From the NCBI RefSeq assembly GCF_028641065.1, contig NC_073379.1, positions 36,084,001-36,148,000 on the forward strand: DNA of 64,000 nt, in the 5' to 3' direction. Origin of the DNA: Leucoraja erinacea (taxonomy: Eukaryota). Made by a program: the position numbers and the translations under genes. Under the pieces are notes generated by a model. That model worked only from the letters and a program-made list of their open reading frames with translations, was not told where the DNA came from and did no database searches. This document shows positions 13,353-24,201 of this stretch, one piece after another; position 1 is the stretch's first letter; every line of letters begins with the position of its first letter.

Positions 13353-13454
13353 TTGAATGGTTCGATGATCAGAACTGATAAGATGGAGACAGAGAAGTTG
13401 GAAAAATGGAATGAAGACCTTACATGAACCAGGGTGAAATGAAATATACTCAAG

Positions 13455-13776
13455 TTTAGTTAACTTTTTTTTGTTTAGAGATAAATCACAGAAGCAGGCC
13501 CTTTAGCCCACCAAGTCCATGTTGGCCAGCGATCCTCATATACTGGCACTATCCTATACAATAGAGACAATTTACAATTTTTACCAAAGCCAATTAACCA
13601 AATCTGTATGTCTTTGGAATGTGGAAGGAGCACCAAGAGAAGCCGGAGCACCAAAGAAAAACCCACATGGTCACGAGGAGAACATACAAACTCCATATAG
13701 ACTGCATCCATAGTCAGGATTGCACCCGGGTCTCTAGTGCTGTAAGGCAGCAACTCTACTACTGCAGCACTGTGCA
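13455..13776 (-). mobile_element. HE1/V-SINE-type SINE
   Basis: Reverse complement of the same head/core/tail architecture. Confidence 0.8.
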
Positions 13777-14947
13777 ACACCATAACTGAAAGTCTAAGGC
13801 TTGCATTGGATGCCAGTCACTGGGATAGAAATAATGAAGTCAAGGAATCCAAGTTGGACCATGTGGAAATGAGAGCAGGATGGAAACTGTTTGAATTCTA
13901 TGCAAGGGAAGAACTAGCACCAAAGGAGTCACCAGCATATCAGAAAAAGAGGTAAGGGAGCTGGCCTGTGTAGGACTGAAAAAGGATTGATCCACACACC
14001 CACATACCTTAGATGTATGCAGATTACCATGGCTACACTTTAGATTGGGAGAAAACGGATGAATTTTGAGGTGAACATAAGCTGATGCAGGTTGGTATGG
14101 CATCCTGGTTAAAAAGTGGCTTAAACTATATTTACGATCTAACCACACCAGTAATAAATGTACACAATCCTACCAGTCCAAAAAATGTTAGTTTTTCTCC
14201 TTCTTGAGTTAAAGAACTTGTTTAATGGATATATTGAGAATGGGTTTTTGCAGATGAAGGAGGGTGGCAGAGAGGGAAACTGGTTGACCATCTGTGCAAG
14301 GAAGAGGTGAAACGCCCTTCGATTATCCTGCTGTGGGCTGGAGGTCTGGAGAGATGGGGCACTCTTGGTGAAGATGAACTGGTTGGGATAAGGATACCGG
14401 AAACTGTTGAAATAGTAGATGTGATTGTTAGTGTCATGGATGCAAATAGGAAGGGATGGGAACAAGAGCAGAAAGAATGGAGTTAAGATGTGAATAAACA
14501 AAATCAGCTTGGATTTCCTTGCAAGCCCAACTTCAAAATCTGTTCAAGTGGAGACAGAGTTCTCAATCAGGCACAATTCGTACACAGATAGGATGAAGAA
14601 TTAGCCAATGTCAGGACACAATTTCAAAGAACAGTCAGATTTTTTTGTTAGTCTTTTTTACTAGCTTTGGAAACAAACAGCAGAATGAGTTTTGAGACGG
14701 TGTTAGAAGTGATTGGAGTGAAGTGAAGAAGAGAGGGAACAATAACTGATTTTTGAAGATGTGGCAAATTATTGTGAGGTACCAATGGTAAGTGATTATA
14801 ATTACACAACATAAACCATAAATGTAGTCCTGCCATCTCTCATTTCCAAAACAATCATAAATATTAGTGTAAGCATCATTTTTTCAATGTGTGTAATACA
14901 TTTCATAAACATTTCATTTTTACCTTAAAATGAGTCTCTGGAGACTG

Positions 14948-15345
14948 GTAGTGTAGGAAGGAACTGTAGTTTCTGGTTTAAATTGAAGATATACACAAAA
15001 TGCTGGAGTAACTCAGCATGACAGGCAGCATCTCTAGAGAGAAGGAATGGGTGGCGTATTGGGTCGAGACACTTCAGGCTGATATGAGGCAAGTTCAGGC
15101 GGACTGAGCGAAGGTGTTCAGCGAAACGATTGCCCAGTCTACGTTTTGGTCTTGCCGATGTATAAGAGTCCAAACCTTGAACAACGTATACAGTAGATGA
15201 GGTTTGAGGTGGTGCAAGTGAACCTCTGCCTAACCTGAAAGGACTGTCGGGGTCCCTGGATAGAGTCGAGGGGGGAGGTATAGGGACAGGTGTTGTATCT
15301 TCTGTGGTTGCACGGGAAGATACCTGGGGAGGGGGTTGTTTGGGA
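14948..15345 (-). mobile_element. Penelope-like GIY-YIG fragment + 3' tail
   Basis: FTCTTSNLIYCIRCSRFGLLYIGKTK / RRLGNRFAEHLRSV, followed by the AGATGCTGCC...GAGTTACTCCAGCA tail. Confidence 0.85.
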
Positions 15346-16100
15346 CCCTTCCTCGTGGCTTAACAACTGGATTGGTGTGGCCTTTCCGACCGGAGACCGG
15401 CCCAGATACCAGAGCTTCAGCAGCAGGCACAGCATGGACTTTAACATCGCGGAGCTGCGCTCCTTTGCCGAGGATCACTCGTGTTGAAGCTCCGACCGCG
15501 GGGGCTAGCTGACTTTAACACCATGGAGCTCGGTCTGTGGAGGTTCTAGGCGCGGCGCGGACTTTAACACCGCGGAGCTGTATGAAGAAGTGCTCCAACC
15601 GCGAGGCCCGTGGATTTGGCATCATGAAGTCGCGGGCTCCGGTTATAAGCGGCCGATTCGGGAATTCCAAGCTGCGGATCCGTCCCGAGTTGGAGTATCG
15701 ATCATGTTGGCTAGAGGGCCTGTATATCGGCGACTGCGGAGGGTTCAGGGCACTGACCACGGGTGAACAGGAGGAAGATTGGCTGGTCTTTTGTGGCCAG
15801 GAGCGAAAAAGACTACAAAAGCTTTGACCTCCCCACCGTCGTAGGGATCTGTCGTAGTCGCTGCCTCAAAAAGGCAGCCAAAATCATCAAAAACCCACAC
15901 CATCCTGGCCACATACTCATTTCACCATTGCCATCAGGAAGAAAGTACAGGAGCCTGAAAACTGTAACGTTCAGGTTCAGGACCAGCTTCTTCCCCACAG
16001 CCATCAGGCTATTAAACACTACAATGAATAAGCTCTGAGCTCTGAACTGCAAAATACTATATTATTATTGCACTATATTTGTTATTTAATGAACTTTTCT
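15346..16100 (+). mobile_element. GC-rich retroposon body joined to a Rex/Babar LINE 3' end
   Basis: 15350-15800 homologous to 23335-24200(-); 15825-16038 encodes CLKKAAKIIKNPHHPGH..LPSGRKYRS..RFRTSFFPTAIRLLN (Rex/Babar C-terminus). Confidence 0.7.
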
Positions 16101-16574
16101 TTTTTTTTCTCTCTTCCCCCGTTGTAGTGGCAGATTTTAATATTGTTCAAGAGATTACTCAATCTAGCCACTAAGTGGACTATATGATTAAAGAGAATGT
16201 CGTAATACGCATGTGAGCTTTCCGTGAGAACTTCAGAGCTTCTTCACAGATAAATCTTCATAACACAGTCTTTTGATTAATAGATTATTTATTGTTGATG
16301 AAAAACAATAAGGTATACATACAACCTTCTTCCGACTTGTATACTATAATCTTCGTCAAACTCCAGCATATCGATTTAAAGGTTAGAAAACTCCTCGTGT
16401 CTCCGTTACACTTCGCATGGTCAAAGGGTATGCCTTCCTCATGCAAGTCCCAAACTAAACTAAAACCTCAGCTTCTGCATAAGAAACGTGTGTACGTGTG
16501 TGTGTGTGTGTGTTTCGATGAGAACTCAGGATTTCAGAAATCGACTCCTCCCTAAATTTTATCAATTATCACCA

Positions 16575-19500
16575 CTCCTTGGGGGAGTGTTTGCTAGTGC
16601 TGTTGGGGAGGATTTAAACTAATGTGACAGGGGGATGGGTACAAGAGCAGAGAGGCATGGGGTGTAAAATGAGGGTAGAAGCAATAGGTAGCAAGGTGAA
16701 AAGTAAAAGTGGCAGGCAGACAAAACCAGGGAAAAAATCAAAAAGGGCCACTTTTCAACATAATTGTATAAGGGGTAAGAGAGTTGTAAAAACAAGCCTG
16801 AAGGCTTTGTGTCTCAATGCAAGGAGTATTCGTAATAAGGTGGATGAGTTGAACGTGCAGATAGCCATTAATGATTATGATATAGTTGGGATCACAGAGA
16901 CATGGCTCCAGGGTGACCAAGGCTGGGAGCTGAACATCCAGGGATATTCAATATTCAGGAGGGATAGAGAGAAAGGAAAAGGAGGTGGGGTAGCGTTGCT
17001 GATTAGAGAGGAGATTAACGCAATGGAAAGGAAGGACATTAGTTTGGAGGATGCGGAATCTGTATGGGTAGAGCTGCGAAACACTAAGGGGCAGAAAACG
17101 CTGGTGGGTGTTGTGTACAGGCCGCCTAACAGTAGTAGTGAAGTTGGAGATGGTATCAAACAGGAAATTAGAAATGCGTGCAACAAAGGTAAAACAGTTA
17201 TAATGGGTGACTTCAATCTACATATAGATTGGGTGAATCAAATTGGCAGGGGTGCTGAGGAAGAGGATTTCTTGGAATGTATGTGGGATAGTTATCTAAA
17301 TCAACATGTAGAGGAACCAACGAGAGAGCAGACTATTTTAGACTGGGTATTGAGTAATGAGGAAGGGTTAGTTAGCAGTCTTGTTGTGCGTGGCCCCTTG
17401 GGCAAGAGTGACCATAATATGGTTGAGTTCTTCATTAGGATGGAGAGTGACATTGTTAATTCAGAAACAATAGTTCTGAACTTAAAGAAAGGTAACTTTG
17501 AGGGTATGAGACGTGAATTGGCCAAGATTGACCGGCAATTAATTCTAAAAGGGTTGACGGTGGATATGCAATGGAAGACATTTAAAGACTCCATGGATGA
17601 ACTACAAAAATTGTTCATCCCAGTTTGGCAAAAGAATAAATCAGGGAAGGTAGTGCATCCGTGGATAACAAGGGAAATCAGGGATAGTATCAAAGCGAAG
17701 GATGATGCGTACAAATTAGCCAGAAAAATCAGCATACCGGAGGACTGGGAGAAATTCAGAGACCAGCAGAGGAGGACAAAGGGCTTAATTAGGAAATGAA
17801 AAATGGATTATGAAAGAAAACTGGCAGGGAACATAAAAACTGACTGCAAACGTTTTTATAGATATGTGAAAAGAAAGAGATTAGTTAAAACAAATGTAGG
17901 TTCCTTGCAGTCAAAAACAGGTGAGTTGATCATGGGGAACAAGGATATGGCGGACCAATTGAATAACTACTTTGGTTCCGTCTTCACAAAGGAAGACATA
18001 AATAATCTGCCGGAAATAGCAGGGGACCGCGGGTCAAAGGAGTTGGAGGAATTGAGTGAAATTCAGGTTAGTCGGGAAGTGGTGTTGGCTAAATTGAATG
18101 GATTAAAGGCCAATAAATCCCCAGGGCCAGATAGGCTGCATCCCAGAGTACTTAAGGAAGCAGCTCCAGAAATAGTGGATTCATTAGTAAGAATCTTTCA
18201 CAACTCTTTATATTCTGGAGTAGTTCCAGAGGACTGGCGGGTAGCAAACGTAACCCCACTTTTTAAGAAGGGAGGGAGAGAGAAAACGGGGAATTACAGA
18301 CCAGTTAGTCTAACATCGGTAGTGGGGAAACTGCTAGAGTCAGTTATTAAAGATGGGATAGCAGCATATTTGGAAAGTGGTGAAATCATTGGACAAAGTC
18401 AGCATGGATTTATGAAAGGTAAATCATGTCTGACGAATCTTATAGAATTTTTCGAGGATGTAACTAGTAGCGTGGATAGGGGAGAACCAGTGGATGTGGT
18501 GTATCTGGACTTCCAGAACCTTTCGACAAGGTCCCACATAAGAGATTAGTATACAAACTTAAAGCACACGGCATTGGGGGTTCAGTATTGATGTGGATAG
18601 AGAACTGTCTGGCAAACAGGAAGCAAAGAGTAGGAGTAAACGGGTCCTTTTCACAATGGCAGGCAGTGACTAGTGGGGTACCGCAAGGCTCAGTGCTGGG
18701 ACCCCAGCTATTTACAATATATATTAATGATCTGGATGAGGGAATTGAAGGCGATATCTCCAAGTTCAATGACACTAAGCTGGGGGGCAGTGTTAGCTGT
18801 GAGGAGGATGCTGGGAGACTGCAAGGTGACTTGGATAGGCTGGGTGAGTGGGCAAATGTTTGGCAGATGCAGTATAATGTAGATAAATGTGAGGTTATCC
18901 AGTTTGGTGGCAAAAACAGGAAAACAGACTATTATCTAAATGGTGGCTGATTAGGAAAAGGGGAGATGCAGCGAGACCTGGGTGTCATGGTACACCAGTC
19001 ATTGAAAGTATGCATGCAGGTGCAGCAGGCAGTGAAGAAAGCGAATGGTATGTTAGCTTTCATAGCAAAAGGATTTGAGTATAGGAGCAGGGAGGTTCTA
19101 CTGCAGTTGTACAAGGACTTGGTGAGACCACACATGGAGTATTGCGTACAGTTTTGGTCTCCAAATCTAAGGAAGGACATTATTGCCATAGAGGGAGTGC
19201 AGAGAAGGTTCACCAGACTGATTCCTGGGATGTCATGACTGTCTTATGAAGAAAGACTGGATAGACTTGGTTTATACTCTCTAGAATTTAGGAAATTGAG
19301 AGGGGATCTTATAGAAACTTACAAAATTCTTAAGGGGTTGGACAGGCTAGATGCAGGAAGATTGCTCCCGATGTTGGGGAAGTCCAGGACAAGGGATCAC
19401 AGCTTAAGGATGAGGGGGAAATCCTTTAAAACTGAGATGAGAAGAACTTTTTTCACACAGAGAGTGGTGAATCTCTGGAACTCTCTGCCACAGAGGGTAG

Positions 19501-19697
19501 TCGATGCCAGTTCATTGGCTATATTTAAGAGGGAGTTAGATGCGGCCCTTGTGGCTAAGGGGATCAGAGGGTATGGAGAGAAAGCAGGTATGGGATACTG
19601 AGTTGGATGATCAGCCATGATCATATTGAATGGCGGTGCAGGCTCGATGGGCCGAATGGCCTACTCCTGCACCTAATTTCTATGTTTCTATGTTTCT
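16575..19697 (+). mobile_element. Near-complete CR1 ORF2 (APE endonuclease + RT), disrupted
   Basis: CLNARSIRNK, GITETW, VVYRPP, MGDFN, SDHN (APE); NYRPVSLTS, GVPQGSVLGP (RT); stops at 17797, 18948, 19236 and frameshifts near 18520 and 18765; (TTTCTATG)n tail. Confidence 0.95.
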
Positions 19698-20786
19698 GTC
19701 GGCTTTATTACCAAATGCACCGCCGAAAAAAAAAGTTAATTAACTCATAATTAGAAAACACGACTGCGGGTTACTGAATTGGATTTTAATTGTCCTTTCC
19801 ATGTATAATGCTCAGGCAATTTATGCATTTTAAATGAGACATCAGAATCCCTCTGGAGAGCTTACTGACAGAATCTGTTCATAAAGAAAACAAGCTTGGT
19901 TCAATGTCGATGCAGTAATCATTTTGAAACCTCCAGTCTTACAACCCTACTTTTCTTGTCTCTTCAACATCTACATTTTTGCTTGGCCTACCATTGATAT
20001 CTGTGGCTTCAGCTACCAGTGCATTAAGTTCTTTAATTAGCCCACTTAAGCCCTCTTTCTCTTTATCTTTTCTGTTGCCCTAATGTCTGAAATCTAACTC
20101 TCTGGTAGGTTTCAACCTTCAAATGATTATCTAAAATAATCCAGATAATATCCAGTAACATTCCGCCACACACTACAATACTTGCTGTTTGTGCTGTAGC
20201 AATGCAGTGCCAAAATTGTTTTTCAATTTATCCCAGTAATTTAAATAGATTAAATAGTTAGTTTAATGTCAATGCTATTGCAATTGAATGCTGTCATTAC
20301 TTTCATTGTCAGCATACAATCTTTCAATGTAATGCACAATGTCTTATTTATATTATATTTACTTATTACATCGAAGGAGGCGATGTAGCACATCAACCCA
20401 ACATCAGCTCAAAGAGCTAATACATCACTCCCATTCCTCCACTTATTTCCCAGTAATCTATGCTGTCATACATGCCCATAAACTTCACCCTGAATCTCCT
20501 GCCATCCACCGACATTGGATAAATTTAACGTGTCGAAATAACACAGCGAACCACTCGAGCTTAGGATATGGGAGAAAACCTGACCCTCCCAGCGAAATCC
20601 ATGTAGTCATAAGAGGAATGTGTAAACTCCATGCAGACAGCATTTGAAGTCATGGTGGAGACCAGGCAGTAAGAGAGCAGCACGGCCTTCTTAGCTACTC
20701 ATGAAAATATGAAATAAATATAATATAAATATGGTCTAATGTAATACACTTTTGTTTCCCAAAGCAATTACCCTGTTTTCAAGTAA

Positions 20787-21325
20787 TGGGCCTGTCCCAC
20801 TTAGGCAATTTTATAGGCGACTACAGGCGACTAGGCTATTGCCACATGGTCGCCGGGGTGTCACCTGTATGGTCTCCTCAGTCGCCCAACGAGCCATACC
20901 TTTTATCGCCACTGGATTTTGAAATGTTCAAAACGTTTCAGCGACAGTCAGCATTTGTGGGCTTGACGCCAACGATCATGGCCTGACATAGGTGCTGTCG
21001 CCAGGATGACGTAGGTTGTCACTGGTGCTGACTTCTGTGAATTCCATTGGTGACTACCTACATCACCCAGCGACAGGTACCGGAGACTGAATTGTCTTAC
21101 CTTGTCGTAGCTTGTCGCGGGTGGACTTAGGTTGTCATAGGTGTGGTCGTAGGTAAACGTCCTAATGGGTGGCCGATTGTCAGTAGCTTGCTGTAGCTCG
21201 ACGTCGACTAGGAGGTAGGTTGTTGTAGACACTGTTGGAGAAATTGTCATAGACATTGTCGTAGGGGGGTTCACCTGCTACGATTATGACAGTCGCCAAA
21301 AAATCGCCTAAGTGAGACAGGCCCA
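20787..21325. mobile_element. MITE, probably PIF/Harbinger
   Basis: TIRs TGGGCCTGTCCCACTTAGGCAATTT / AAATCGCCTAAGTGAGACAGGCCCA flanked by TAA and TTA; internal GTCGTAG-like repeats. Confidence 0.7.
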
Positions 21326-21993
21326 TTAGAATGCCCAATTCTAATTTTGTAACATCAAGTTTACCCTCTATAGGAACTTTGCAATGAGGCTTTATATTAT
21401 TCGCTGAAAAAAAAACACAACAGATGCTGGAAACCTGATATAAAACACAGCAGTCAGAAAGAAACAGAGCTAATGTGACCAAGAAAGAGCTAAGGTGACC
21501 AAGATTTTTTTTTTGTCCTATCTGGGACTCATGACAATAAAACTCTCTTGACTCTTGACTCTCTTATGTTAGAAATCCAACATGCAGAGAAGGAGGAGAG
21601 GTGGAGGGAATCGAGGAAATAGTGGTAGGGTGACGACAAAGTGAATGTTAATGGCACACTGGGACGCCATTAAACATTGGGGGGAGTTGAGGCTGCTGGG
21701 GTGAAGTAATGTAATTTACAGCTGATTTATCATCAGAATAACAGAAAGAGACGAATGAGAACAGATGAAAGAGAACAAATAGAGTGACTGAATTATGATT
21801 TGCTTGAAATCTGAAGCAAACGAGAATGTTAAAAGTACCCAGAAGACCAGGCAGCATAGGTGGAAAACACTGGGTTAATCTTACAGATTAATGATTTATC
21901 ATCACAACTAGCCAGTTTAGTTTGGTTTAGAGATACAGCTCAGAAACAGGCCCTTCGGTCCACCGAGTCCGCACTGACCAGTGATCCCCATAA

Positions 21994-22977
21994 AGGGGCT
22001 GTCCCACTGCGGTGCCTAATCTGCGAGTTCAGAAGAGTTTGCCCTCGACTCATACTCGCAGCATGGTCAACACGAGGTCCTAGGAGGTCTTTGTAACTCT
22101 CCTTCATACTCGAGTGTAGTGCCCGCATACTCGAGGCCTCAGCTAGGTCGCGGCGTATATTTTTCAACGTTGAAAAATGCCCGTGAGTAAAAAAAGGACG
22201 CCATGGAAAAAAGCGATTATTTTTTTACTCGTAGGTTTAGTCCAACTAGGGGGTCTTAGTAGGTCAATAGACAATAGGAATAGGCCATTTGGCCCTCCGA
22301 GTCAGCACCGCCATTCAATGTGATCATGGCTGATCATCCCCAATCAGTACCCTGTTCCTGCCTTCTCCCCATATCCCCTGACTCCGCTATTTTTAAGAGC
22401 CCTATCTAGCTCTATCTTGAAAGCATCCAGAGAACCTGCCTCCACCGCCTTCTGAGGCAGAGAATTCCACACTCACCACACTCTGTGAGAAAAAGTGTTT
22501 CCTCGTCTCCGTTCTAAATGGCTTAATCCTTATTCTTAAACTGTGGCCCCTGGTTCTGGACTCCCCCAACATCTGGAACGTGTTTCCTGCCTCTAGCGTG
22601 TCCAAACCCTTAACAATCTTATATGTTTCAATGCGATTCCCTCTCATCCTTCTAAACTCCAGAGTGTACAAGCCCAGCCACTCCATTCTCTGTTAATCGT
22701 GTTGTTCGTATGTTATTCGTAGGTATTCGAGGGTAGTCTAAGGTAATCGAAGGAGGTCGAAAGGTAGTCGTAAATAGTCTTCAACATAGTCGAAGGGAGG
22801 TCGAAGGAGATCTAAGATGATCGTCTTCACTCTCCACTCATCAGTATCCAATTTTCCAGAAGCTTGTCGAAGCTAGTCTTCAACTTAGTCGAAGGAGGTC
22901 TTCAACATGACATTTTTTCAAACTCTTCTAAACTCTACTAATCTCGCCAATTAGGTTGCTGCAGTGGGATAGCCCCT
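21994..22977. mobile_element. PIF/Harbinger-type MITE with TAA TSD
   Basis: TIRs AGGGGCTGTCCCACTGC / GCAGTGGGATAGCCCCT; TAA at 21991-21993 and 22978-22980; internal GTCGAAGG repeats. Confidence 0.8.
22266..22690 (-). mobile_element. CR1 3' fragment nested in MITE
   Basis: ORF 22402-22686(-) LGLYTLEFRRMRG...ETYKIVKGLD; CTATTGT-type tail. Confidence 0.9.
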
Positions 22978-23334
22978 TAACACAAGCTCTATCATCTATC
23001 CTAAGGGATAATTTACAATTTTCACCGAAGCCTATTAACCTACAAACCTGTATTTCTTTGGTGTGGGAGGAAACTGGAGCACCTGGAGAAAACTCACACG
23101 ATCACAGGGGAAAGGTACAAACTCCGTACAGATAGCACCCGTAGTTGGAATGAACCCGGGTCTCTCGCACTGTAAGACATTCTACTGCTGTGCCACCGTG
23201 CTGCCCTGATACAAATTGGGAAGGCTGGTTATCCAAAATTGTTGAATTCAGTGTTGTGTCCTAAGGACTGCAACGTATCCATTTGGGAGATGAGAGATTG
23301 TGCCTTGAGCTTCTGTTTAGCTGTTGGAACAAGA

Positions 23335-24201
23335 TGGATACAAGATACAAGATACAAGATACATTTATTCATCACATGTGCCAGATGGCACAGTGAAATG
23401 AAATTCCCATACAGCCATACAATTTAAAAAAAAAGGACTCAACACACCATAGGGTTTGACATAAAACATCCCCACACAGCAGAATCAAAGTTTCCCACTG
23501 TGTGGGAAGGCACCAAAGTCAGTCTCTTCTTCCATTGTTCCCCGTGGCCAGGGCCTCCCCGTGCCCTCCGCAGTTGCTGCTACGGGCGGCCCGATGTTCA
23601 GGACCACTCGCCGGGGTGTTGTAAGTCCGACATCGGGGCTGCGGGACGTCCTCAGCGGCGTGGACACCAGAGTCGGCCCCCTCCTACCAGAGTGGGCGGC
23701 TTCCAAAGTCCGCAGGCCGCGCCGGGTGGAGACTGCTGTTGGAGACCCTCTGCAAGGCGCCCCAGGACTCCACGATGATGGTCAGCACCGCCCGCGTTGG
23801 AAGCTCTCCGCACCAGAGCTCCACGATGTTGGAGCAGTGGCCCAACGCTCCGGAGCTCCAAATGGCACCCAGGTGGGCATCGCCCGCTCCGCAGTGACTC
23901 CAGCGCTGCGCCGCTGCTGTAGCAGCCCTGGTCTGGTTCCCGGTCCCCGGCAGGAAAAGCCGCTCCGATCCAGCTGGTAGGCCGCGAGGTGGGGGGGCGA
24001 GGACGCAACTCGGGTAAATAGTCGCGTCCCCACCAGGAAGAGACTGGGAAACGGTTTCCCCCTTACCCTGGCCCCCCTCCCCCACATAGAAAAGTAAAAG
24101 TTTCCCCCAACACAAAACTTTAGACTAACTAAAAACAAAAAAAAAGATAGAAATAACAGTAGGCTGTAGGTAGAGGCTGCCAGTGCAGCGCCCCTAGTGG
24201 C
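23335..24201 (-). mobile_element. Unclassified GC/CpG-rich non-coding retroposon (~0.87 kb)
   Basis: On minus strand ends AATAAA then (TATCTTG)n; closely similar to 56275-56970; inserted in an older Penelope remnant. Confidence 0.75.

Larger units (their letters stand above)
12680..14490 (-). mobile_element. Old decayed Penelope-like element (RT remnant) with two nested SINEs
   Basis: LPICIHDTNNH...FIFTKSAPSLQTSSP resembles Penelope RT LPTYIRDT...FTMDVxSLYTSIP; KDRVPLVV motif at ~12900; boundaries approximate. Confidence 0.55.
21915..23207 (-). mobile_element. HE1/V-SINE-type SINE split by a MITE
   Basis: Tail part 21915-21990, body and head 22981-23207. Confidence 0.75.

Noticed and set aside
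16122-16574. Possible solo LTR (starts TGTAGTG, minus-strand AATAAA) split by the CR1
   Set aside because: No confident matching end, TSD or second copy in the window.
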